A stretch of DNA of 63,183 bases, the filler included. It is 6 parts of 6 records of this genome, joined end to end, with 100 filler letters (N's around TTAATTAATTAA, not from the genome) between each part and the next. Parts side by side here need not be neighbours in the genome. Positions count along the whole stretch, not along the records: positions 1 to 9,830 come from SRR2962707_785; 5 more parts are not named here. One strand, written 5' to 3'. This document shows positions 1-9,146 of this stretch, one piece after another. The number at the start of each line of letters is the position of its first letter. Positions within the stretch are counted from its first letter, which is position 1. Under the pieces are notes generated by a model. It searched no databases. It saw only the letters and a program-made list of their open reading frames with translations, and was not told where the DNA came from. The position numbers and the translations under genes were made by a program.

Positions 1-141
1 CACGAACTGGGTGAAGGAATTGACCACGGCAATAATCGGCTTGCCGAAATCGCCATCCTTCATTCCGGTGGCGCGCCAGAGGCCGCGGGCACCGGCCATG
101 TTGCGGCCATGGGTGGTTGTACGGGAGCGATATGCGGGCAT
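1..141 (-). CDS. ilvD: Dihydroxy-acid dehydratase, 5' fragment (runs off window start)
   Basis: Manual translation from ATG at 141: [47 protein letters not shown], the characteristic IlvD N-terminus; not in the ORF track. Confidence 0.93.
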   Translation of the reverse strand, partial: MPAYRSRTTTHGRNMAGARGLWRATGMKDGDFGKPIIAVVNSFTQFV

Positions 142-260
142 GAGGTCACCTGCGAATAAGAGAATTGTTGGCTCTTGGCCCGTTCCGGTCGACGTCTCCT
201 CGGGCGCCAGCGGAACCGTTACCTATCTCTAACGCGACGACCCTCAACTGTAAAGACAAA

Positions 261-283
261 CCGTACCGTAACGTACGGTACGG
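261..283. promoter_or_regulatory. Perfect inverted repeat, probable repressor operator (TetR-like)
   Basis: CCGTACCGTA-acg-TACGGTACGG (10-bp arms) between the divergent ilvD and dehydrogenase genes. Confidence 0.55.
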
Positions 284-367
284 CATAAAATTGCGGTACT
301 CGGTTGCCCGAACGGGCCGGATCGCGCAATAGATCGCCTTTTGGAAGTCTTGCCCTCGGGAGGCCTT

Positions 368-1681
368 ATGTCGGTCTGGACAATCTTGCTGGTGATCGTG
401 GTTCTTGCGGTCGTCGTTATTGGCGGCGGCTATGCATGGTGGAAGACGCGCGTAAAGACGCACGCGCCGCAATTTGGCACAAAGCCCGCCATTCCGTCCG
501 CAAAGCCGCAGGGCGCGGTGCCCATGCTCAAGATGCCGACGGCGCGCGGTTGGGTTGGCGGCGCCAAGCCACGGACGGCATCCGGCCTCAAGGTCAGCGT
601 ATTCGCAGAAAAGCTCAAACACCCGCGGTGGGTTTATGCGCTGCCCAATGGCGACGTGCTGGTCGCCGAGTCTGCAACGATCCCCCGCAAGGTCACTGGC
701 TTCATGGATTATGCCATGAACCGGACGATGAAGCGGGCAGGGGCGACCTATCCCAATGCCAACCAGATCACGCTACTGCGCGATGCGGACGGCGATGGCG
801 TGCCGGAAATCCGCGAAGTGTTTCTGAAGGGCCAGCACCAGCCGTTCGGCATGGCCCTGATCGGCTCGACGCTCTATGTGGGCAATTCCAACAGCGTTGT
901 GGCTTTCCCCTATGAGGACGGCCAGACCAGTATTGCGGCTCAGGGCAAGACCATCTTCACGATGAAGGATGGCGGCCACTGGACCCGCAACCTCATCCCC
1001 AGCACCGACGGCACCAAGCTCTATGTCGCCATCGGCTCGCTCTCCAACATCGCCGAGGAAGGCTTTGAAACCGAAGAAGGCCGCGCCTGTATCGTCGAGC
1101 TCGATCTGGTGACGGGCGAGAATCGCGAGTTTGCCGGTGGACTGCGCAATCCGGTTGGCATGGCCTGGGAACCGACGGACGGGAAATTGTGGACCGTCGT
1201 CAACGAACGCGACGGGTTGGGCGATGAAACCCCTCCCGATTACCTCACTTCGGTCAAGGATGGCGGCTTTTACGGCTGGCCGTATTCGTATTGGGGCAAC
1301 ACGGTCGATGACCGCGTGCAGCCGCAGCGGACCGATCTGGTCGCCAAGGCGACGGCGCCCGATTATGCATTGGGTGGACATACGGCCTCGCTCGGCCTGT
1401 GCTGGCATCCGGCCGGCACGCTGCCCGGACTCCCAGCAGGCATGGTGATTGGCCAGCACGGCTCGTGGAACCGCTCGAAGCTCTCGGGCTACAAGGTGAT
1501 CCTGGTGCCGTTCGATGGCGGAAAACCCTCGGGCGAGCCCATCGAAATCCTCGGCGGGTTTCTTTCAGAGGACGAGAAGTTCTCCAACGGACGCCCGGTC
1601 GGGGTCACGGTCGCCAAGGACGGTGCATTGCTGGTCGCTGACGACGTTGGACACATTGTCTGGCGTGTGACCGCCGCCTAG
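368..1681 (+). CDS. Sorbosone dehydrogenase family (PQQ-dependent beta-propeller), N-terminal membrane anchor
   Basis: GGAGG RBS before ATG 368; TM segment; motifs HPRWVYALPNGDVLVAES, GLRNPVG, VNERDGLG..PPDY, FYGWPY, QHGSWNR, GRPVGV. Confidence 0.88.
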   Translation: MSVWTILLVIVVLAVVVIGGGYAWWKTRVKTHAPQFGTKPAIPSAKPQGAVPMLKMPTARGWVGGAKPRTASGLKVSVFAEKLKHPRWVYALPNGDVLVAESATIPRKVTGFMDYAMNRTMKRAGATYPNANQITLLRDADGDGVPEIREVFLKGQHQPFGMALIGSTLYVGNSNSVVAFPYEDGQTSIAAQGKTIFTMKDGGHWTRNLIPSTDGTKLYVAIGSLSNIAEEGFETEEGRACIVELDLVTGENREFAGGLRNPVGMAWEPTDGKLWTVVNERDGLGDETPPDYLTSVKDGGFYGWPYSYWGNTVDDRVQPQRTDLVAKATAPDYALGGHTASLGLCWHPAGTLPGLPAGMVIGQHGSWNRSKLSGYKVILVPFDGGKPSGEPIEILGGFLSEDEKFSNGRPVGVTVAKDGALLVADDVGHIVWRVTAA

Positions 1682-1777
1682 AGTGTGATCAGGAAAAGTT
1701 GCAGACCTTTCCGGTTCGATCACACGACAAAACAAGGACTTAGAGCCCAGACCGATTCCATCGGACTGGATCAGGCT

Positions 1778-2146
1778 CTAATCGGTAATAATACCGAGAT
1801 CCTGACGCGCTTTGCGCGTCAGGCCGGCTGCGACAAGCTCGTAGGACCGCTTCACATACGCTTCGAGTTCGGGCGGGGACAGGGGCGATGTCTCGGCGGC
1901 TGAAACCCATTTGCGCTTGGCGAAATAAGCCGCCTGACCGACTCCATCGAGCGTCGTCAGAAGCTCAAAGCTTTCTTCGCTGCATTTGAAGGTAAGAACG
2001 GCATTCTCCCCGTCGGCGCTCAAGAGAACGAACACCTTGCCGCCGACCTTGGCCACGTGGGCATCCCACTGGTCGACCAGTGAGGTCCCTGCCAAAGCCG
2101 CGACAAAAGCGTCGAACGCCTTCCTGTCGAAGATACCGGCCGTCAC
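1778..2146 (-). CDS. MmcQ/YjbR family protein
   Basis: 122 aa; KVGGKVF, FKCSEE, AYFAKRKWV, SYELVAAGLTRK; starts 1 nt after the peptidase stop. Confidence 0.8.
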   Translation of the reverse strand: MTAGIFDRKAFDAFVAALAGTSLVDQWDAHVAKVGGKVFVLLSADGENAVLTFKCSEESFELLTTLDGVGQAAYFAKRKWVSAAETSPLSPPELEAYVKRSYELVAAGLTRKARQDLGIITD

Positions 2147-2147
2147 C

Positions 2148-5051
2148 TCAGAGCACCTTGGAAACGGTGAGGAAGCCGTTTCGCTCGCGGTTTGCCGCAG
2201 TCATCGATTTCTCCGACCCCATGGCAACGATGTGTCCGTTGCGGGCCACTTCGTCGAGGAGATCCGCCGCCTTGGCGAAATCTGCTTCTGAAGTGGACAA
2301 CACCTGCTCGCGGCGCTTTTGCCGGTACGCCTCGGTGACCCCGGTGAGCGCCCGAACCAACGCCGTATAGCCCTTGGCGTCGGGCAGAAGGTAGGGGTCG
2401 AGATCGCCGATGGTCCCGATGATGGAACGAGCAATATCCGATTGCGAAACGCCCTTGCGCAGATAGGCTGGAGCCGCGTCGTAAACGTCGAGCGTGGCAA
2501 CAAGGTTGGGGTCGCGATACGAGCCGAACGCGTAGGTGTCGGCGAGGGGGTTGAAGCTGGCGAACCCGCCATACGCGCCGCCCTCGACGCGCACCTTGTC
2601 CCAGAGATAGGTGGTGCCGAGATATTTGGTGACCACCGACAGCGCGCCCGACGGCTCATGGCCGAGCGCCTTGAGGTTCACCCCCTTGGCCACGTAGTTG
2701 ACCTGGGCCGGGATGGTCAGGCCCTCATTGGCGGGATGGGGCAGGGGCGACCAGTCGGCGCGGACGAAATCGTGGCGCGGGAGACGCTGGATGAAGGCTT
2801 TGAGCTCGTCGGCAAAACCGGGCCAGGCCGAGCCGTCCGTCGTGACGTTGGCGAAGGCCGCATTGGCGTTGATGAGATGGCTGCGAATGGTTTCGAGCGC
2901 TGACTGCACTGACGCCCAATCATCCTCGATCTTTTGCGCCAGCTCACGCAGGAACAGCAGCTGCGTGATGCCGCCGGTCTGCTCGGACAGCCAGTCCGCC
3001 TCATGCAGCGAAGCGCGCAGCCGGGTGAAGACATACTGGTGACCGGCCGGTACGAGCGAGGCTTCGGTGCGGGCCTTGTCTTCGGCGACAATCTGGCGGA
3101 TGCGGTCACGATTGTCGAGCCGGGCGTCGGTCAGGACGTCGTGGACGATATCGAGCATTTCCGCGGTCTTGTCGGACGTCGCCTTGGCGCGAACGATCAG
3201 GAACGCGGCGGCTTCGCTGCTGTCGAGGATCGGCGAATTGAGCCGGGAAATCCCGATGCCACCGGTCGAGCGCCCGATGCGCTGGGTGAGCGCGACGAAA
3301 TCGGCTTTTGACGTGCCCGTCTGCTTGAGCGCGCGCGAAAACAGCGGCAGGTAAGGCAAGAAATCCCGCGGCAGGGTTTTGAGGTCGAAGCCGAGATCGA
3401 GATAGACGATGCCGTTGGTGGCGATGTCGTGAACGAGCGTGCGCACGCCCTCGACCGCAACTTCCTCGGTGGGAATGCTCATGCCCTCGCGCGGCAGGTC
3501 GGCAACGGTAAGGGTTGGAATCCTGGCCAGATCTTCGGGCTTGTCAGCGGCGTTTTGCAGGGCCTTGAGCCTTTTGGTGGTCTCGATGGCGGCGGTGATG
3601 TCGTTGTCGTTCATCGCGGCGCGTGCGGCATCGAGCCGTGCCCGCTCGGCTGCTTCTTCGCGCTCAGCCTGTTCGGGGTCGGGGCGCAGGACCAGCGTGG
3701 TGCGGTGGGTGTTGTCGAGCAGATTGGTGCGAATGAGACCTTCGATGACCTTTTCGCCTGAGGCGATGCGGGCCTTGAGGCTGGCCAAAGCGGTCTCGAA
3801 GCGCAGCCCGTCAAGCGGATCGCCGCCGTAGAGCCAATTGCTCAGGGCACCGAAAAAGTAAGCGATTCCGCGAGGATAGCCGCCAGTGTTCTGCTCGCGC
3901 AGCTCGAACTCGAGTGAGTTGAGCGTCGCTTCGATCGTCGCGTCATCAATGCCGTGCTCAGCGAGGTGGGCGAGGGTGTTGAGGATCAGGGTTTCGATTC
4001 TGTCGGCGTCATCGCCATCAGCGCCGCGCAGGCCGAAATTAAGGACCGGCTGGGACAACTCGATGGCCGAGGAAATGATCGCTTCGCCCAGCCCCGATTC
4101 GATCAACGCCTTGTGCAGCGGGGCCGCGGAATTGCCCACAAGGGCGCGGCGCATGACGGTGCGGGCGAGTTGTTCCTCGATGTCGTCGGTCGGGTCGACC
4201 ATCCAGTTGAGCGTGACGAACGACGAGCGCTTGTTGGAGTCGTCGGCCGGATAGGTCTTTTCGAACCGGCGCGGTGCATCGAAACGCGTTTGTGGCGTAT
4301 GTGCTTGTGCTTTATCGCCTTTTTCAAACCGTGAAAGCACGGCATCGAGCAGTTCGAGCCGCTTTTCGGGGTCATCGTCGCCGTAGAAAATGATCTGGGC
4401 GTTGGAGGGCTGATAGTAGCGTTTGTGAAAATCCCTGAACTGTTCGTAGGTGAGATCGGGCATGACCCGCGGATCGCCGCCACTATAGTTGGAGTATACG
4501 GTATCGGGGAAAAGTGATTGCAGCGCGTAGGCGTAATTGACCTGATCGGGTGAGGAGAATCCGCCCTTCATTTCGTTAAAGACAACGCCCTTGAAGATCA
4601 GGGGGTCATCGGGGTTCTCGGCCTCGTAGTGCCAGCCTTCCTGCTGGAAGGTTTCGCGGGTCAGGAGCGGAAAAAACACAGCATCGAGATAGACTTCGGT
4701 CAGATTGTAGAAGTCGGCAAGGTTCTGGCTGGCCACCGGATAGACCGTCTTGTCGGGGAAGGTCATGGCGTTGAGGAACGTGTGCAGCGAGCCCTTGAGC
4801 ATCTCCACGAACGGCTTTTTGACCGGGAATTTTTCCGACCCGCACAAGACTGAATGCTCGAGAATGTGCGGCAATCCTGTGGAGTCGTCGGGCGGTGTGG
4901 CAAAGGATACGCCGAACACCTTGTTCTCATCGTCGTTGATGAGGGAAAGTACTTCTGCGCCGGTCTTTTTGTGCCGGTAATGGCGCACCAGGGCGTTGAC
5001 CTCGTCGATCTGGTCTTCGGCGATCAACTCGTAGGCGGGGTGGTGCGACAT
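2148..5051 (-). CDS. Insulinase-family M16C metallopeptidase (presequence protease PreP/Cym1-like)
   Basis: Inverted zinc motif HILEH, SLHTFLNAMTFPDKT, GVVFNEMKG, VRVEGGAYGG, SYRDPN; likely start MSHHPAY at 5051 after a GAGGAG RBS. Confidence 0.92.
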   Translation of the reverse strand: MSHHPAYELIAEDQIDEVNALVRHYRHKKTGAEVLSLINDDENKVFGVSFATPPDDSTGLPHILEHSVLCGSEKFPVKKPFVEMLKGSLHTFLNAMTFPDKTVYPVASQNLADFYNLTEVYLDAVFFPLLTRETFQQEGWHYEAENPDDPLIFKGVVFNEMKGGFSSPDQVNYAYALQSLFPDTVYSNYSGGDPRVMPDLTYEQFRDFHKRYYQPSNAQIIFYGDDDPEKRLELLDAVLSRFEKGDKAQAHTPQTRFDAPRRFEKTYPADDSNKRSSFVTLNWMVDPTDDIEEQLARTVMRRALVGNSAAPLHKALIESGLGEAIISSAIELSQPVLNFGLRGADGDDADRIETLILNTLAHLAEHGIDDATIEATLNSLEFELREQNTGGYPRGIAYFFGALSNWLYGGDPLDGLRFETALASLKARIASGEKVIEGLIRTNLLDNTHRTTLVLRPDPEQAEREEAAERARLDAARAAMNDNDITAAIETTKRLKALQNAADKPEDLARIPTLTVADLPREGMSIPTEEVAVEGVRTLVHDIATNGIVYLDLGFDLKTLPRDFLPYLPLFSRALKQTGTSKADFVALTQRIGRSTGGIGISRLNSPILDSSEAAAFLIVRAKATSDKTAEMLDIVHDVLTDARLDNRDRIRQIVAEDKARTEASLVPAGHQYVFTRLRASLHEADWLSEQTGGITQLLFLRELAQKIEDDWASVQSALETIRSHLINANAAFANVTTDGSAWPGFADELKAFIQRLPRHDFVRADWSPLPHPANEGLTIPAQVNYVAKGVNLKALGHEPSGALSVVTKYLGTTYLWDKVRVEGGAYGGFASFNPLADTYAFGSYRDPNLVATLDVYDAAPAYLRKGVSQSDIARSIIGTIGDLDPYLLPDAKGYTALVRALTGVTEAYRQKRREQVLSTSEADFAKAADLLDEVARNGHIVAMGSEKSMTAANRERNGFLTVSKVL

Positions 5052-5205
5052 GGGGGCTCCTCTTGGGCGGGACGTGTGGGTCAATGTAGGAGCGGGCTGC
5101 GCCGCTGCCAACCACCTGCAAACAATGTCGTGAAAATGTATGGACTTGAGCGTTCGGTGCCACCACATTGACCAACAATGAGAAATACACCGGGAGACGG
5201 GGCGC

Positions 5206-5844
5206 ATGATACGATTTGGGCTGGCGGCAATGATGGCTGTGGCCGGATTTTCGGCAGCGGCGATGCCCGCATTGGCCCAGACGGCTCCCGAACGCTGCGC
5301 CTCGATCGGTCCGGCGAGCGAACGGCTCGCGTGCTATGATTCGATCTTCCGCTCGGGTCAGTTCACCGGCAACGATGGAGCGGTCGATGCCGATCAGGGT
5401 CTGTGGACCAGCGGGATCGAAGTGTCCCAGATCGAGGGGACCGAGGTGCCGTTCGCCACGCTCGAATCCGAACAGCTTATCCCCGCCCTGGCCGGTGGCC
5501 GCGCGCCGGCGCGGCTGACGGTGTTGTGCATCGATGGGGAAACCACGCTGCAGTTCAGCTTTGCCGGATCGGCGATGGGCACCCCGACGTCCAACAGCGC
5601 GGCAATCACCCTGCAATACGACCGCCAGCCGCCTCGGACCCAATCGGTCGATCTGTCCCCCGACCGGCTGGCCATCGGTTTTTTTGAAACCGAAGCGGCA
5701 CGGCCGGTGATCGACCAGTTGCAACGGACCCAGCGTTTGCTGGTGCGTGCCACGCCGCAATCGCAGCGCTCGGTGACGGTAAGCTTCCAGCTCGAGGGAA
5801 TCGAGACGGCGCTGCAGCCGGTTCGCGAAGCGTGCGGGTGGTAA
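5206..5844 (+). CDS. Secreted protein, TagO/VasI (T6SS-associated) family-like
   Basis: Signal peptide ending ALA; C...ERLACYD motif; C-terminal VREACGW. Confidence 0.6.
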   Translation: MIRFGLAAMMAVAGFSAAAMPALAQTAPERCASIGPASERLACYDSIFRSGQFTGNDGAVDADQGLWTSGIEVSQIEGTEVPFATLESEQLIPALAGGRAPARLTVLCIDGETTLQFSFAGSAMGTPTSNSAAITLQYDRQPPRTQSVDLSPDRLAIGFFETEAARPVIDQLQRTQRLLVRATPQSQRSVTVSFQLEGIETALQPVREACGW

Positions 5845-5998
5845 GGGCCGCGCGGCGGCCGTCACATTAGTTTGATACAACTAAAGTTTGATTGTGGTGG
5901 AACGCGTTGGCGCTTTGTGCGTTTGGTGCGCGAGTAGCCGCGTCGTTTCGCGGCTGCATCCTCACAGACTATTTTCAAAGATTTACAGGAGATTGCTC

Positions 5999-7885
5999 AT
6001 GGCTACGCGACATACAGGACGCGGCGGCGGGGCTCCGATTGCGAAAGTGCTTATGGGAGGCGCGGTTGCCGCTGCCCTCATGCTTTCGACGAGCATGGTC
6101 GCCGCACAGGTGACGCCGGTCGAAATCGAAAGCGGCGACAACTCGCTGTTTTCCTCGCGCGTTCTGACCACCGGCCTCGACAATCCCTGGGCCATGCGCT
6201 GGGGTCCCGATGACATGATCTGGCTGACCGAGCGCACCAGCGGCGAAATCACCCGCGTCGACCCGACAACGGGCGCGCAGCAACTCCTCCTGACGCTCGA
6301 AGATGTCTATACCGGCCCGCAGCACGAAGGGCTGCTCGGCATGGCGCTGCATCCCGAACTGCTCGAAGATACCGGCAACGACTACGTCTATATCGGCTAT
6401 ACGATCAACAACGGCACCGCCGAAGACCCTGACCCCTCGGCCCAGATCGTGCGCTACACCTATGACGCCGACCTCCAGCAGCTTGTCGAGCCCGAAATCA
6501 TCATCGAAGGGCTCCCGGCCTGGAACGATCACAACGCCGGCCGCGTGGTGTTCGGTCCCGATGACAAGCTCTATTATTCGATCGGCGAACAGGGTGCCAA
6601 TTTTGGCCGCAACTATCAGCGTCCCAACCTCGCCCAGGTCCTGCCGACCCAGGAAGAGGTCGACAGCGAAGACTGGCACACCTATTCGGGCAAGATCCTG
6701 CGCCTCGAACTGGATGGCTCGATCCCCGAGGACAACCCCGAGATCGACGGCGTCAAGAGCCACATCCTGAGCTACGGGCACCGTAACCCGCAGGGTATCG
6801 GCTTTGGACCGGACGGCACGCTTTATGAAGCCGAACACGGCCCGGCCACCGATGATGAGTTCAACATCATCCAGCCCGGCGGCAATTACGGCTGGCCCAA
6901 CGTGGCGGGCTTTATCGACGATCAGGCCTATTTCTACGCCAATTGGAGCGAAGGCCCCGAAGGCGTCGACCGCAACGCCCGCCCGATCCCGGACACGGTT
7001 CCCGTGTTTGAGGAGAGCGATTTCGACGGCGACATGATCGATCCCATCGCCACCTATTTCACCGTCGAGGACGATTATCCGATCGGTGAAATCTGCGGCT
7101 ATATCTGCGATCCGACCTTCGCGCCGTCTTCGATCCTTTACTACGATGCAGGCGAAGACGGGATCGCCGAATGGGACAATTCGGTGCTGATCCCGACCCT
7201 CAAGCACGGCACGCTTTACGTGCAGCACCTGACCGAAGACGGACAGGACGCTGACGGGCTGCCCGAAGCCTGGCTGAGCACGCAGAACCGCTATCGCGAC
7301 GTCATCGTTTCGCCCGATGGCAAGACTGTGTTCATTGCAACAGACGCGTTCGGTTCGGCCGCCCAGAAGTTCGGTGAAGGGCTCAACACCTCGGTGCTGC
7401 ACAACCCAGGCTCGATCCTGATGTTCACCTATGGTGAAGAAGGCGGCGGGATCGGCGTTGTCGAAGGCAACGATTTCGATGCCAGCCCCCAGGCCGAAGC
7501 CGGACCGGAGGAGTTTGAAGACCCCAACACCGGTAAGGACGCTGCCGAAGGCGAAGCCGGCGATGAGGCTGCCGCAGGTGCCGTCACCAGCGACTCCGAC
7601 GTCACCGAAGTCGCCAATCTGGGCGCACCCAAGTTCGCCGCCAACTGCGCCATGTGCCACGGCGCCGGTGGTCAGGGTGGAGCCGGTGCGGTGCTGGCCG
7701 GCAACGAGAGCCTGGCCGACGCCAGCTTCGTTGCCAACACGCTGATCCACGGCTTTGGCTACATGCCCGCTTTCGGCAACCGGCTCAGCGACGAAGACAT
7801 TGTCCAGATCGGGACCTACATCCGCAATTCGTGGGGCAATGATTTTGGCATCCTGACCACCGAAGAGGTCGAGGCGGCCCGCTAA
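5999..7885 (+). CDS. Soluble PQQ-dependent glucose/aldose dehydrogenase (sGDH type) fused to a C-terminal c-type cytochrome
   Basis: CAGGAGA RBS, signal peptide; GLLG, DHNAGR, GKILRLELDGSIPEDNP, GHRNPQG, EHGP, YGWP, NRYRD; acidic linker; CAMCH at 7646-7660, MPAF, YIRNSWGN. Confidence 0.9.
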   Translation: MATRHTGRGGGAPIAKVLMGGAVAAALMLSTSMVAAQVTPVEIESGDNSLFSSRVLTTGLDNPWAMRWGPDDMIWLTERTSGEITRVDPTTGAQQLLLTLEDVYTGPQHEGLLGMALHPELLEDTGNDYVYIGYTINNGTAEDPDPSAQIVRYTYDADLQQLVEPEIIIEGLPAWNDHNAGRVVFGPDDKLYYSIGEQGANFGRNYQRPNLAQVLPTQEEVDSEDWHTYSGKILRLELDGSIPEDNPEIDGVKSHILSYGHRNPQGIGFGPDGTLYEAEHGPATDDEFNIIQPGGNYGWPNVAGFIDDQAYFYANWSEGPEGVDRNARPIPDTVPVFEESDFDGDMIDPIATYFTVEDDYPIGEICGYICDPTFAPSSILYYDAGEDGIAEWDNSVLIPTLKHGTLYVQHLTEDGQDADGLPEAWLSTQNRYRDVIVSPDGKTVFIATDAFGSAAQKFGEGLNTSVLHNPGSILMFTYGEEGGGIGVVEGNDFDASPQAEAGPEEFEDPNTGKDAAEGEAGDEAAAGAVTSDSDVTEVANLGAPKFAANCAMCHGAGGQGGAGAVLAGNESLADASFVANTLIHGFGYMPAFGNRLSDEDIVQIGTYIRNSWGNDFGILTTEEVEAAR

Positions 7886-7987
7886 GGCGCGGTTTTCCCT
7901 GCGCTTCCCCGGTGAAAACCGGGGTCCGCGAGTGCTGCCACCCAAGCCCGATCGCGCTCCGGTGCGGCGCTACCAGAATGAGTTTTG

Positions 7988-8015
7988 AAAAGGCGGGAGC
8001 GATCCCGCCTTTTTT
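7988..8015 (+). terminator. Rho-independent terminator (bidirectional form)
   Basis: AAAAGGCGGGA-gcga-TCCCGCCTTTTTT. Confidence 0.85.
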
Positions 8016-8025
8016 ATTGCCCCGG

Positions 8026-8052
8026 TGTCGGAACCCGGAAGCCCGCTGCGTC
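8026..8052 (+). promoter_or_regulatory. Putative ECF sigma promoter (ECF41/42-like)
   Basis: TGTCGGA-N16-CGTC, 30 nt upstream of the VOC start. Confidence 0.45.
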
Positions 8053-8082
8053 CTTGAGGTGTAACAACAGAGGAGAATTGTC

Positions 8083-8466
8083 ATGGCACATCTGAAAGAC
8101 AAATTGTCGTCAGCGATGGTCGCCGTGAGCGACATCGAACGTGCTCGGAAATTCTATAGCGAAACGCTCGGTCTCGAACTCATGGAAGACGGGATGGGGG
8201 GCGTGCTGGTGTACAAGACCGGCAGCACACACCTGCTCGTTTATCCCTCCGATTTCGCCGGAACCAACAGGGCCAATGCCGTGGTCTTCGATTGCGGCGG
8301 CGATGTCGAGGCGATAGTCGCCGACCTGCGCGCCAAGGGCGTGACCTTCGAGCACTATCCCGACATGGGCGTCGATTTCAAAGACGGCATCCACAGCTCT
8401 GACGGGTTCAAGATGGTCTGGTTCAAGGATCCGGACGGGAATATTCTGCACTTGAATAGTGCCTGA
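8083..8466 (+). CDS. VOC/glyoxalase family protein
   Basis: VSDIERARKFYSETLGL, WFKDPDGNIL; GAGGAG RBS. Confidence 0.9.
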   Translation: MAHLKDKLSSAMVAVSDIERARKFYSETLGLELMEDGMGGVLVYKTGSTHLLVYPSDFAGTNRANAVVFDCGGDVEAIVADLRAKGVTFEHYPDMGVDFKDGIHSSDGFKMVWFKDPDGNILHLNSA

Positions 8467-8747
8467 GGAGAGGAGCAGAGGGGGCGGGACGGCTGGTTCC
8501 GACCCCATTGTGGCCATTTCTCGCTTCACAAGGGCCTCTCAAAAGCTGCCGCGTCTTCCTCGCACTCGCTATGCTCTGTTCAAATGCGTTGCGCCTCAAT
8601 GCATGGTTGCCCAGTTGTGCGCTTACAACTGCCCCAGTAAACGGCATCCTAATACCGCAGGCTATGCTGTCAGGACATGTCAGCAGGGGTGTAATAACAA
8701 CTATTGTTCCGGACAGCGTTGTCACTAGATTCGAGAGGGAAAACGCA

Positions 8748-9146
8748 ATGGCTCTAGAATATATCAATCCTGAAGGTATGCATCAGAACCCGGTCTTCTC
8801 GCAGGGGATCGTCGTTCCGTCGGGCGCTCGAATACTGCATGTTGGAGGCCAGAACGCTGTTGATGCCGAGGGAGTTATTGTTGGCAAAGGCGATATCGGC
8901 AAACAGACTGAACAGGCGCTCGCCAACATGTTGATGGTCATAGATGCCGCTGGCGGTAAGCTTGAGAACCTGATCAAGGTGACGCTAGTCATTCAGCAAG
9001 GTATCGACATTCGTCCCGGCTTTGCCGAATGGCTAAAGGTCTGGGGGCCACGCCTCAACCCGCCAACAGTAACGGCCTTGATGGTAGTTGGCCTCGCCAA
9101 TCCCGATTACCTGATCGAAATCGAAGCTCAGGTCCTGCTGTCATGA
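8748..9146 (+). CDS. RidA/YjgF family protein
   Basis: Start MALEYINPEG after GAGGGA; FSQGIVV, GGQ, QTEQALAN, LANPDYLIEIEA. Confidence 0.88.
   Translation: MALEYINPEGMHQNPVFSQGIVVPSGARILHVGGQNAVDAEGVIVGKGDIGKQTEQALANMLMVIDAAGGKLENLIKVTLVIQQGIDIRPGFAEWLKVWGPRLNPPTVTALMVVGLANPDYLIEIEAQVLLS

Noticed and set aside
5052-5207. N-terminal extension of the M16C ORF (similar extensions on pyrH, bamA, ridA, bolA)
   Set aside because: Downstream starts have RBSs or stop-start coupling and match family N-termini; the extensions are ORF-caller artefacts.
5975-7945. 656-aa minus-strand ORF
   Set aside because: Antisense shadow of the sGDH-cytochrome gene in GC-rich DNA; no motifs.
7886-7987. Hairpin CCCCGGT-gaaa-ACCGGGG region as an ncRNA
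   Set aside because: No recognisable RNA family; it can be explained as 3' UTR structure before the terminator.
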